Shown one piece after another: positions 1-8,470 of a stretch of DNA of 24,000 bases; position 1 is the first letter of the stretch, and each line of letters starts with the position of its first letter. The stretch is from Gilliamella sp. Lep-s35. GTDB lineage: Bacteria > Pseudomonadota > Gammaproteobacteria > Enterobacterales > Orbaceae. The notes under the pieces were generated by a model. That model ran no database searches. It saw nothing but the letters and a program-made list of their open reading frames with translations, and was not told the origin of the DNA. The DNA is taken from assembly GCF_009795845.1 (NCBI RefSeq), contig NZ_WTEX01000012.1, forward strand, positions 24,999 through 48,998, read 5' to 3'. The translations under genes were made by a program, and so were the position numbers.

Positions 1-435
1 TAATTTTTTAGCAGCATTAACAGCATTACAAGTAAGATCAAAATCGGCAATAGCTGCGAAATCATGATCTTTAAAACGTAAGCGGTTGACTTTTGAATCG
101 GTACAAGCGCCCATGCCAATAATAATGTCGCCAAGGTTTACATTTGGACTTATAGCGCCACATGAACCAACACGGATGATGTTTTCAATACCGTAAAATT
201 TAACTAGCTCGGTTGCATAAATAGAGCAAGATGGAATGCCCATACCATGCCCCATAACTGAAACTTTTTGTCCTTTGTAATAACCAGTAAAACCTAACAT
301 AGATCTTACATTAGTGACTTCTTGGGCGTTTTCTAAAAATGTTTCTGCAATAAATTTTGCTCGAAGTGGATCTCCAGGCATTAAAACGGTTTTTGCAAAC
401 GCATTATCAACGGCATTAATATGTGGGGTAGACAT
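1..435 (-). CDS. deoD: Purine nucleoside phosphorylase DeoD, N-terminal ~145 codons; the gene continues past the window start
   Basis: Absent from the ORF track because it runs off the window edge. Minus-strand translation from the ATG at 435..433 gives [78 protein letters not shown]..., typical of hexameric PNP (DeoD). A Shine-Dalgarno AGGAGAGG lies a few nt upstream. It sits directly downstream of deoB, as in the deo operon. Confidence 0.9.
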   Translation of the reverse strand, partial: MSTPHINAVDNAFAKTVLMPGDPLRAKFIAETFLENAQEVTNVRSMLGFTGYYKGQKVSVMGHGMGIPSCSIYATELVKFYGIENIIRVGSCGAISPNVNLGDIIIGMGACTDSKVNRLRFKDHDFAAIADFDLTCNAVNAAKKL

Positions 436-487
436 TAACCTCTCCTGATATTTGTTTCTAAATTAATGTTATTTAAACTTAAATTAC

Positions 488-1717
488 TTATTTTTTTATA
501 AACGATTTACCGTAATCCATTGGCGATAAATCAAAATAATCAGCAACGCTTTGCCCAATATCGGCAAATGTTTCTCGATGTCCTAAAGAACCCACAGGTA
601 CACCGTCACCATAAACAATGACAGGAATATGTTCACGAGTATGATCAGTACCTGCCCAAGTAGGATCGCAACCATGATCGGCACTAATAATAAGCAGATC
701 TCCAGGCTGAATTAACGCTAACATTTCAGGTAGACGACTATCAAAATACTCTAATGCGGCGGCATAACCCGAAACATCACGACGATGACCATAAGACGAG
801 TCAAAGTCAACAAAATTGGTAAAAACAATAGTATTATCTTTAGCTTGTTTTATTTCCTCGAGTGAGGCATCGAAAAGCGCTTCAAGGCCAGTTGCTTTAA
901 TTTTTTTGGTGATGCCAACGTGTGCATAAATATCGGCAATTTTACCCACTGATACTACCGTACCGTTTTTTTCATCAACTAATTTCTTAATCACGGTTGG
1001 CGCAGGTGGTTCAACGGCAAGATCGTGACGGTTACCAGTTCGTACAAATTCGCCTGCTTTTTTGCCAATAAATGGCCTTGCAATAACACGTCCAATATTG
1101 TAATTGCCTTTATTTAGCTCATCACGAGCAATTTCGCAAATTTCATAAAGCCTATCTAGGCCAAAAGTCTCTTCGTGGCAGGCAATTTGGAATACTGAAT
1201 CAGCAGACGTGTAGAAAATAGGTTTATTAGAAGCCATATGCTCTTCACCAAGTTCATCAAGGATAATGGTTCCAGATGAATGGCAATTACCAAGATAACC
1301 AGGGAGTTTTGCGCGGGTAACAATTTTATCTAAAAGATCTTGAGGAAAGCTATTTGTAGTATTAGTAAAATACCCCCAGTCAAAAAGTACTGGTACACCA
1401 GCAATTTCCCAGTGTCCTGAAGGTGTATCTTTACCAGAAGATATTTCGCTAGCATAACCATATGAGCCAATAATTTTACCTTCAGTTTGCATGCCTTTAG
1501 GGTAATTACCTGATGATTCATACGCTGCTTCGATTAAGCCTAATTGACCTAAATTTGGTAATTTTAATGGTCCACTTCGTCCTTGTTCAGCCTTACCTAA
1601 TGCACAAGCCTCGGCAATATGTCCCAAAGTGTTAGCCCCTTCATCGCCATATTTTTTTGCATCTTCAGCACCGCCGATCCCAAACGAATCTAGGATCATA
1701 ATAAAAACTCTTTTCAT
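488..1717 (-). CDS. deoB: Phosphopentomutase DeoB
   Basis: The track ORF is 488..1771. I place the start at the internal ATG at 1717 ([16 protein letters not shown]...), which matches the conserved DeoB N-terminus and has a GAGGG Shine-Dalgarno upstream. The 18 extra codons of the track ORF lie in AT-rich leader sequence. The length is then about 409 aa, similar to E. coli DeoB. Confidence 0.9.
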   Translation of the reverse strand: MKRVFIMILDSFGIGGAEDAKKYGDEGANTLGHIAEACALGKAEQGRSGPLKLPNLGQLGLIEAAYESSGNYPKGMQTEGKIIGSYGYASEISSGKDTPSGHWEIAGVPVLFDWGYFTNTTNSFPQDLLDKIVTRAKLPGYLGNCHSSGTIILDELGEEHMASNKPIFYTSADSVFQIACHEETFGLDRLYEICEIARDELNKGNYNIGRVIARPFIGKKAGEFVRTGNRHDLAVEPPAPTVIKKLVDEKNGTVVSVGKIADIYAHVGITKKIKATGLEALFDASLEEIKQAKDNTIVFTNFVDFDSSYGHRRDVSGYAAALEYFDSRLPEMLALIQPGDLLIISADHGCDPTWAGTDHTREHIPVIVYGDGVPVGSLGHRETFADIGQSVADYFDLSPMDYGKSFIKK

Positions 1718-1806
1718 AATACCCTCTAACTGATAAACAATACTTAAATCGAGTTCAATAAATATAATCAATCACAGCCAATTAAATACCGATGATTATT
1801 TTGGTG

Positions 1807-1832
1807 CTAACAATAAATCGGTCTAACAATAA
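1807..1832 (-). promoter_or_regulatory. Two exact 10-bp direct repeats CTAACAATAA, 16 bp start-to-start, upstream of deoB; each contains a DeoR-like half-site (TGTTAG on the minus strand)
   Basis: Copies at 1807..1816 and 1823..1832 are identical. On the coding strand of deoB they read TTATTGTTAG-accgat-TTATTGTTAG, just downstream of a TATAAA -10-like box. As I recall it, the E. coli DeoR operator is the palindrome TGTTAGAA/TTCTAACA. Here only half-sites are present, arranged as direct repeats. Confidence 0.35.
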
Positions 1833-2113
1833 TTTATAAAACATGACCCGACTAGCTATAATACATAATAACAAAAAACAAAAAATATTTAAGCATTGCT
1901 TTATCGAATATTTGATTAATTAACGTGATGAATTTGATCTTACTCTCATTTTTATAAAAAAATCAAAAACATTCACAACTAAATAATTAATTAAATAACA
2001 TTAGTCATGTGCTAATATAGAAACAAAATATAATAGATACCAAATCCCCAATAATAGATAAAATTGGTTTGCGCTTTGGTGTCTAATTTTTCAAAAAATA
2101 AAGGTAGTGATTA

Positions 2114-3124
2114 ATGAAACAAAAAATTCCTAACACATTTGGTCTAACTGTTTTTGCTCAAAAAGTTATTACAGTCACAACAGTTGAACAATTACAACAA
2201 GTTTGGCAAGATAATATTCAAAATTATCCTATTATGATTATTGGCCAAGGCAGTAACACGCTATTTACATGTGATTTTGATGGTATTGTGATTGTTAATC
2301 GCATCAAAGGTATAACCATTACCGAAACAGAACAAGCATGGCATTTAAAAGTAGGGGCTGGCGAAATTTGGCACGATGTCGTATCACAAACAATTGAACA
2401 AAATATATCAGGGCTTGAAAACCTTGCTTTAATTCCTGGTTGTGTAGGTTCTGCGCCTATTCAAAATATTGGTGCTTATGGGGTTGAATTTGAAAAAGTA
2501 GCCGATTATGTAGAACTGCTCGAATTTGCCACAGGAAACATTATTACTGTCACAGATGGTCAATATGGTTATCGTGAAAGTGTCTTTAAAAAAACGTATT
2601 TACAAGGTTATGCCGTTGTCAATGTGGGCATTAAATTACCCAAACAGTGGCATCCAGTTTTAACTTACGGCGAATTACGAAACTTTGACCGTCAAACAGT
2701 CACCACAAAAATGGTTTTTGATAAAGTGTGTGAAATCCGCCGTAGCAAGTTACCCGATCCCAAAGTACTTGGTAATGGTGGTAGCTTTTTTAAAAACCCA
2801 GTGGTCGATAAAATTGTTGCTGATAAGTTACTTGAAATTTACCCAACCATGCCAATATATCCACAAGCTAATGAGAAAACCAAATTAGCCGCAGGTTGGC
2901 TTATTGAACAGTGTGGCTTAAAAGGCTATCAAATAGGTGGAGCAGCCGTGCATCAACAACAAGCATTGGTTTTAGTTAATAAAAATCAAGCCACAGCGCA
3001 AGATGTAGTTGAACTAGCGCGTTATATTAAAAAATGCGTAGCACAAAAATTCTTGGTGAATTTATCACCAGAAATCCGATTTATTGGCAATCAGGGCGAA
3101 ATTAACGCAGACAGTTATTTATAA
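2114..3124 (+). CDS. murB: UDP-N-acetylenolpyruvoylglucosamine reductase MurB
   Basis: 336 aa. Conserved MurB stretches include GQGSNTLF, LENLALIPGCVGSAPIQNIGAYGVE, YGYRESVFK, KLPDPKVLGNGGSFFKNP, KLAAGWLIEQCGLKG and GGAAVHQQQALVLVN. An AAGG Shine-Dalgarno lies upstream. Confidence 0.95.
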   Translation: MKQKIPNTFGLTVFAQKVITVTTVEQLQQVWQDNIQNYPIMIIGQGSNTLFTCDFDGIVIVNRIKGITITETEQAWHLKVGAGEIWHDVVSQTIEQNISGLENLALIPGCVGSAPIQNIGAYGVEFEKVADYVELLEFATGNIITVTDGQYGYRESVFKKTYLQGYAVVNVGIKLPKQWHPVLTYGELRNFDRQTVTTKMVFDKVCEIRRSKLPDPKVLGNGGSFFKNPVVDKIVADKLLEIYPTMPIYPQANEKTKLAAGWLIEQCGLKGYQIGGAAVHQQQALVLVNKNQATAQDVVELARYIKKCVAQKFLVNLSPEIRFIGNQGEINADSYL

Positions 3125-3183
3125 TTAGCACCAAATTATAATTGCCCGCTAATCATAGCTCATAAATTATATGCGATAACATT

Positions 3184-4326
3184 ATGAAACATTCGTACTC
3201 ATTTCCTATTTTATTAACCAGTTTACTCTTTGTGACTATCTCGTTGTCGGCATTAAACACACAAGTACCATTGTGGTTGGTGCGTAATGAGTTTTCGCTT
3301 GGGCAAATTGGGCTTGTAGGATCAAGTTATTTTACAGGTAACTTGATTGGTACTATTTTTGCCAATTGGTTTATTAATAAATTCAATGCGCGTCACACTT
3401 ATACCTATAGTTGTATTATTTTTGCAGTAGCAACAATTGGGCTAGGTTTTTCAATGAATTTTTATAGTTGGATAATGTGGCGATTTTTTATTGGTATTGC
3501 TTGTGCTGTAACGTGGGTGGTTATTGAAAGTTGTATATTGTTAACAGGTCCAGTTCGTACGCGTGGAAAAATGCTTGCAATATATTTAACCACTTACTAT
3601 TTAGGCACCGTTTTAGGGCAAGCTTTGTTGCAGTATTTTCCGCAAGATGTATTGTATTTTGGGTTAGTTATCGCGTTACTGATGGGGCTAGCAATTTTAT
3701 TTATTTTGCTCACCCATTATAAATTGCCTAAAAGGAAAAAAAGCAGCTTTAATATTATGCCAATGATATTGAATAAACCTTCTCGATTAGGTTTAACTGG
3801 TTGCGTAATTGCCGGTATGCTAATTGGATCATTATATTCGCTTTTACCAGCTTATTATTCACACTTAGGTTATAGTGATATTCAAGTTGCAAATTGGATG
3901 ATATTACTGATTTTATCAGGCGTCATTGCACAAATGCCTGCTAATTGGTGTGCAGATAAATTTGGACGGCAACGTGTATTATTAATTGAATCGTTACTAA
4001 TGTTAATTGCATGTATTATGCTAATATTCAATTGGTTTGATGCATTAGCAATTATCTTATTAGGTGCAACCATTTACACCATTTACCCAATATCTATGGC
4101 TTGGGCATGTTCGTGCGTTAAAAAACAAGATATCGTTGCCATGAATCAAGCCATGCTATTAACTAATACTTTAGGCAGTTTAATTGCACCGGCTGTGATC
4201 GCCTTTATTATGGATAAAATGAATAATGCTTATTTATTTGTCAGCTTTGCTATAATCTCGTTATACTTCATTATGCTGTTAATTAAAAAAAGAGGAACGG
4301 ATGCGCAACCACAACAATCCACTTAA
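3184..4326 (+). CDS. MFS transporter, YcaD-like
   Basis: 380 aa and strongly hydrophobic throughout (about 12 TM-like segments). The N-terminal half resembles E. coli YcaD as I recall it (LN..VPLWL, SSYFTGNL.GT, WR.F.G..CA..WVV.ES, Y..TYY.GT.LGQ). There is no clear Shine-Dalgarno. The 3' end overlaps birA by 26 nt. Confidence 0.75.
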   Translation: MKHSYSFPILLTSLLFVTISLSALNTQVPLWLVRNEFSLGQIGLVGSSYFTGNLIGTIFANWFINKFNARHTYTYSCIIFAVATIGLGFSMNFYSWIMWRFFIGIACAVTWVVIESCILLTGPVRTRGKMLAIYLTTYYLGTVLGQALLQYFPQDVLYFGLVIALLMGLAILFILLTHYKLPKRKKSSFNIMPMILNKPSRLGLTGCVIAGMLIGSLYSLLPAYYSHLGYSDIQVANWMILLILSGVIAQMPANWCADKFGRQRVLLIESLLMLIACIMLIFNWFDALAIILLGATIYTIYPISMAWACSCVKKQDIVAMNQAMLLTNTLGSLIAPAVIAFIMDKMNNAYLFVSFAIISLYFIMLLIKKRGTDAQPQQST

Positions 4327-5254
4327 ATTAATTGAAATACTTGCAGATGGCAAATACCATTCGGGCGAAGAATTAGCAGTAATATTTGGCATAACACGCG
4401 CAGGCATCAATAAATACATTAAACAACTGCGTGAGTGGGGGCTAGAGTTATCATCTGTACAAGGCAAAGGTTATTGCTTGTCAGCTCCGCTTGATTTGCT
4501 AAGTAAAAACAAAATTGATCTACACTACCAATCCGATAGCCACTGTGAAATATTACCGATTATCGACTCGACTAACCAATATCTACTGGAACGAATTGGT
4601 CAATTAACATCGGGCGATTGTTGTGTTGCCGAATTTCAATCAAAAGCCAGAGGGCGAAGAGGGCGGAAATGGTTTTCACCTTTTGGTAGTAATTTATACT
4701 TTTCTATGTATTGGAAATTAGAACAAGGTGTGGCAGCGGCAATGGGGCTGAGTTTAGTGGTCGGAATTGTGCTTGCCGATACCTTGCGTGCATTATCAGG
4801 TCAAGATATTAAAGTTAAATGGCCAAATGATCTTTATCTTAATGACCAAAAGTTAGCTGGTATATTAGTTGAACTTGCGGGTAAAACTGGCGACTGTGCC
4901 CATGTTGTGATTGGTATCGGTGTTAATTTAGTCATGACTAATCCTGATACCAACATTGTTAATCAAAAATGGGCCAATTTAGGTAAAGTTGATCGCAATT
5001 TACTCGTTGCTCAAGTAGCTAAAACTTTAAAAAGTAAATTAATCGAGTTTGAACAACACGGTTTAACGCCATTTATTAACGATTGGCACAGACTTGATAA
5101 CTTTGCTAATCGCCCAGTAAAGTTATTAATTGGCGATAATATTATTCGCGGAATAGCAAAAGGCATAAATGATCAAGGTGCCTTATTACTAGAACAAAAT
5201 GGCAAAATTAATGCCCATATTGGTGGCGAAATATCACTAAGAATGGATGACTAA
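4301..5254 (+). CDS. birA: Bifunctional biotin-[acetyl-CoA-carboxylase] ligase / bio operon repressor BirA
   Basis: 317 aa. The N-terminal winged-HTH region MRNHNNPLKLIEILADGKYHSGEELA...GINKYIKQLREWG parallels E. coli BirA. The ligase motif GRGRRGRKW is present. An AGAGGA Shine-Dalgarno lies 4-5 nt upstream of the ATG at 4301. Confidence 0.9.
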   Translation: MRNHNNPLKLIEILADGKYHSGEELAVIFGITRAGINKYIKQLREWGLELSSVQGKGYCLSAPLDLLSKNKIDLHYQSDSHCEILPIIDSTNQYLLERIGQLTSGDCCVAEFQSKARGRRGRKWFSPFGSNLYFSMYWKLEQGVAAAMGLSLVVGIVLADTLRALSGQDIKVKWPNDLYLNDQKLAGILVELAGKTGDCAHVVIGIGVNLVMTNPDTNIVNQKWANLGKVDRNLLVAQVAKTLKSKLIEFEQHGLTPFINDWHRLDNFANRPVKLLIGDNIIRGIAKGINDQGALLLEQNGKINAHIGGEISLRMDD

Positions 5255-5269
5255 TAATCCAAAATCATT

Positions 5270-5301
5270 AAAAACTATTCCGCTTATCACAAGCGGAATA
5301 G
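5270..5301. terminator. Hairpin terminator between the convergent genes birA and zntA
   Basis: Perfect 11-bp stem CTATTCCGCTT (5275..5285) / AAGCGGAATAG (5291..5301) with a 5-nt loop. On the minus strand it is followed by a TTTTT run (5274..5270), so it fits zntA best. On the plus strand there is no immediate T-run. Confidence 0.6.
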
Positions 5302-5318
5302 GCTAGTTAAACTACTTT

Positions 5319-7664
5319 TTAACTTTTATTTTTAAATTTCAAAACTCGAAGGGCATTAGCCGTAACAATTGCCGTTGTACCTGAATCAGCTAACACGGCC
5401 AACCACAGCCCAGTAAAACCAAATAAACTGGTGATTAAAAATACTAATTTAACCCCTAACGCAATTGTAATATTTTGTTTAATATTATAAGAAGCAAAGC
5501 GTGTTAAACCAATTAACTTAGGCAAACTTAACAAGCTATTTTGGGTTAGTGCGGCATCAGCAGCTTCTAGTGCAACATCAGTACCGCTCCCCATAGCAAT
5601 ACCTACGCTTGCGGCTTTCATAGCAGGCGAATCATTAATTCCATCGCCGACCATTGCAATAGCGGTTGTATTACGGATTTTTTCAATCTCTACTAATTTA
5701 TCTGCTGGTAACAGTTCGGCTCGGTAATCGATGTTGAGCTGTTTTGCTATCTGTTTTGCTGCACGTTCATTATCCCCTGTAAGCATTAGGGTTTTTAAAC
5801 CAAATTGATGTAATTGATTGATTGCTGTTATGGCATCAGCACGGAGCACATCTTGTAAAGCGATAATTCCCAATAATTTTTGGTCAGTTACTACTGCTTG
5901 GTCAGTTACTACTACAATGACCGTTTTCCCTGCGCTTTCTAGTTGACTAATTATTTTTACCTGTTCATCGGTTAATTGCATCGAAATAGTTGATATTTTA
6001 TTGGGTGAGACAATATAAAAAATTTGCTGATTTATTTCACCTTGTATTCCAACCCCTGCAATTGTTTTACGATTATTGGCTTCGACAAACGGAATTTTGT
6101 TTTGCTTAACATAATCAACAATAGCTTTAGCTAAAGGATGATGTGAACCACTTTCTATTGCTGCCACAATGGCAAGTAACGCTTCTGTTGAGATTACATT
6201 TTGATTAATAATATCGGTAATCTGTGGTTTGCCTTCAGTTAACGTACCTGTCTTATCAAACGCAATTAATTTCACTAAGCCAATATGCTCTAACGCTGCG
6301 CCTCCCTTAATTAACACGCCTTGCTTTGCTGCATTAGACAATGCTGAGGTTATCACCGCAGGGGTTGATATCACTAGTGCGCAAGGGCAACCAATTAATA
6401 ACAATGTCAAACCACGATAAAACCAAGTATACCAATCAGCATTAAACAGCACAGGTGGCACAACTATCACCAATAGTGCAAGCAAGGCAATTGCGGGTGT
6501 ATAATAGCGGCTAAACTTATCTATAAAACGCTCAATCGGTGCTTTGCGATCTTCGGCGTCCTCAATTAGCTGTAAAATACGATCAACGGCATTTTGCCCA
6601 ACTTCAGAAACTACTTTAAGTTCAATGGTATTATCAACCACGAGCGATCCTGCCAAAATTTTATCACCTGAAAGGTAATTTACGGGGATCGACTCGCCTG
6701 TTAAAGCGCTTTCATCAATATTGGCTTGCTCGCTTATTAAAATTACATCAGCAGGCAAACGTCCTCCTGCTGAAATTTCGATAATATCACCTGGTTTCAA
6801 ACTACGGCTAGCAATGGTTTTTCGTTTACCGTCAATAATTATTACTGTTTCTTCAGGCATCAGCTTGGCAAGTGACGAGATCCCCTGCCTAGCCTTACTT
6901 GTTGCAACACCTTCTAGCATTTCGCCAATCATAAATAAAAATATAACCATGGTCGCTTCTTCGGCGGCACCAATAAATAAAGCACCAATAGCCGAAATAC
7001 TCATTAACGACTCGATAGCAAAAGGGGTGCCACTACGCGCTAAAATTAGCGCCTCTTTTAAAATTGGAATTAACCCAATAATGGCCGTTACCATAAAAGC
7101 ATATTCGCCAGCTGTTTTATTCAACAACAAAAGCAGATAACTCACTACAATCAAGCCACCTAACACCGCTAAAGGAATAAGCGCTTTTTTATCAAAACCA
7201 TGAGTATGCTCATGATGAGTATGTTCGGGAGTGGATTGAAAAATAGGGGTATAACCTAATTCGATGACTTTATCTTCAATCAATTTAATGGTTTTTTCAT
7301 TCTTTTGCGGAACCAAAACCACTAATTTTTGGGTAGAAAAAATAATTTTAGTTTCGCCAATATTTGGCAACGTTTTTAGTCCGTTTTCAATTTTTTGTGC
7401 ACAGTGCGCACAATCCATGCCTTTTATTTTCCATATTAATTTAGTTTGTGAGCTTTGCCTGTCTGGATCATCGGGGGAATCATCACACTGATTTTTTTTT
7501 GCTGCTGTATGGCAATCTCCACCACAGCTAGGGATTGAGTCTTGATGACAACTTAGATCATGAGATAAATGTGCATGATTATGCGCCATATTTTTACAGT
7601 CACAATGACAACCTTTATCTTCATGATGGTGATCATGATTCACAGATTTGTTATTGTATAACAT
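5319..7664 (-). CDS. zntA: Zn/Cd/Pb-type P1B heavy-metal translocating ATPase
   Basis: 781 aa. It has a His/Cys-rich N-terminal extension, an HMA domain with GMDCAHC, a transmembrane CPC motif (IGCPCALVISTP), the phosphorylation site DKTGTLT, and the hinge motif VGDGINDSPAM. Confidence 0.9.
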   Translation of the reverse strand: MLYNNKSVNHDHHHEDKGCHCDCKNMAHNHAHLSHDLSCHQDSIPSCGGDCHTAAKKNQCDDSPDDPDRQSSQTKLIWKIKGMDCAHCAQKIENGLKTLPNIGETKIIFSTQKLVVLVPQKNEKTIKLIEDKVIELGYTPIFQSTPEHTHHEHTHGFDKKALIPLAVLGGLIVVSYLLLLLNKTAGEYAFMVTAIIGLIPILKEALILARSGTPFAIESLMSISAIGALFIGAAEEATMVIFLFMIGEMLEGVATSKARQGISSLAKLMPEETVIIIDGKRKTIASRSLKPGDIIEISAGGRLPADVILISEQANIDESALTGESIPVNYLSGDKILAGSLVVDNTIELKVVSEVGQNAVDRILQLIEDAEDRKAPIERFIDKFSRYYTPAIALLALLVIVVPPVLFNADWYTWFYRGLTLLLIGCPCALVISTPAVITSALSNAAKQGVLIKGGAALEHIGLVKLIAFDKTGTLTEGKPQITDIINQNVISTEALLAIVAAIESGSHHPLAKAIVDYVKQNKIPFVEANNRKTIAGVGIQGEINQQIFYIVSPNKISTISMQLTDEQVKIISQLESAGKTVIVVVTDQAVVTDQKLLGIIALQDVLRADAITAINQLHQFGLKTLMLTGDNERAAKQIAKQLNIDYRAELLPADKLVEIEKIRNTTAIAMVGDGINDSPAMKAASVGIAMGSGTDVALEAADAALTQNSLLSLPKLIGLTRFASYNIKQNITIALGVKLVFLITSLFGFTGLWLAVLADSGTTAIVTANALRVLKFKNKS
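5881..5916 (-). repeat. In-frame 18-bp tandem duplication inside zntA
   Basis: TGGTCAGTTACTACTGCT (5881..5898) is followed by TGGTCAGTTACTACTACA (5899..5916). The first 15 of 18 positions are identical. The encoded peptide is VVVTDQ-AVVTDQ-KLLG. Confidence 0.9.
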
Positions 7665-7793
7665 AACATTACCTTGATATAGGGGTGATTTTGATTGTAC
7701 GCTAAAAAACAGAAAAAGAAATCATTTTGTTTATTGCATGATGCAAAAATAAAATAAATGGCAATAAAAATAAAAAAGAAAACATAACGGTAA

Positions 7794-8189
7794 CTATCTC
7801 TTAAAATAACCTGCATTAAGATCGACACCAACTGGATTAAAACCAAACTGCTCTAACTGGCGTTTTAATCGAGCCATATAAGGCTCGGAATCATGGACAT
7901 TTTCGGCTGTGACATAGGTATTGGTTATTAAATTATGTTTGCCATCAACCATTCGGCGATCTAAGTAGAAGAACCCTTTAGGCTTGCCTTCCCTATGCAT
8001 AAAGCCACTGTTCGGAACTTCTTCCGGAAGACCGTTATTAGGACAATAAAGTGGCGCTAGCGCTTCTCGAATAAACTCAAAATCAATGACTTTGCTATTT
8101 TACGAACAAGGTGATTTTGAGGGGCAAGCACATCTAACGAAATTTGCTCTATTTTTTCTGGTGTCGCTCGAGTTGGTTTTTTTAGTATA
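7794..8189 (-). pseudogene. Degraded DDE transposase remnant, IS5/IS1182-like
   Basis: Three minus-strand pieces are visible. The first is ILKKPTRATPEKIEQISLDVLAPQNHLVRKIAK, the N-terminal LVPQDHLVRKI-type domain, which begins at ATA rather than ATG. After a frameshift near 8093 comes VIDFEFIREALAPLYCPNNGLP. This is then fused directly to SGFMHREGKPKGFFYLDRRMVDGKHNLITNTYVTAENVHDSEPYMARLKRQLEQFGFNPVGVDLNAGY (track ORF 7794..8000) and ends at a stop. Most of the catalytic core and the C-terminus are missing. I identified no terminal inverted repeats. Confidence 0.7.
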
Positions 8190-8422
8190 GAAGAATTCCT
8201 TTTATAATGGACTCTTCTCTATTAACTCAAAGAACTCACAAAAAGCGAGTTCTTTGTCATCAATCTGAGCCCACACCAAGTGAAGCTATTTATTGGTTTA
8301 TTTTGCCGGTTATTTTTGTAAAAAATATTCAGGATTCTATACCGTTTGGGGATTATTTTTATCATGAACTCCAAACACGCTGCGTTTTTCTACATATCAA
8401 CAAATAAAATGAAATTGATAAT

Positions 8423-8451
8423 TTGCATTATTGATTAAATTCATATATAAT
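8423..8451 (+). promoter_or_regulatory. Putative sigma70 promoter of the tRNA gene
   Basis: TTGCAT (8423..8428), a 17-nt spacer, then a perfect TATAAT (8446..8451). The tRNA 5' end lies 20 nt downstream. The -35 box is weak. Confidence 0.4.
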
Positions 8452-8470
8452 ACTACAACAGTATTTAAAT

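Noticed and set aside
1718-1771. An 18-codon N-terminal extension of the deoB ORF in the track ([18 protein letters not shown]).
   Set aside because: The conserved DeoB N-terminus begins at [13 protein letters not shown] (ATG at 1717), which has a Shine-Dalgarno. The extension is AT-rich leader sequence with no ribosome-binding site.
1924-1940. CGTGA-tgaatt-TGATC in the deoB/murB intergenic region, considered as a CRP/CytR site.
   Set aside because: The second half-site matches TCACA at only 2 of 5 positions, so the match is too weak to report.
6721-7140. A 139-aa plus-strand ORF inside zntA. The same applies to the smaller ORFs at 6229..6420 and 7264..7491.
   Set aside because: These are antisense shadow ORFs lying entirely within a well-supported P-type ATPase gene. 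Their translations are low-complexity and Ser/Ile/Ala-rich, and they have no Shine-Dalgarno.
7734-7746. The palindrome TTGCAT-g-ATGCAA upstream of zntA, considered as a ZntR (MerR-type) operator.
   Set aside because: MerR-family operators are long dyads sitting between -35 and -10 boxes with 19-20 bp spacing. This short dyad is not positioned that way relative to the best -10 candidate (TACAAT), and it does not resemble the E. coli zntA operator.
7640-7846. A 68-aa minus-strand ORF overlapping the zntA start and promoter region.
   Set aside because: The translation is an AT-rich, Phe/Ile-rich low-complexity sequence. It overlaps the zntA 5' end and is very likely spurious.
8229-8255. A perfect 9-bp inverted repeat AAAGAACTC-N9-GAGTTCTTT next to the 5' end of the transposase remnant.
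   Set aside because: No T-run follows in either direction, so it is not a terminator. It may be part of the former IS end, but with no second copy or IR partner in the window I cannot assign it.
8207-8407. A 66-aa plus-strand ORF between the IS remnant and the tRNA.
   Set aside because: It has no Shine-Dalgarno and no recognisable motif. The region is better explained as IS-end or intergenic debris. I cannot exclude a small protein, but nothing supports one.
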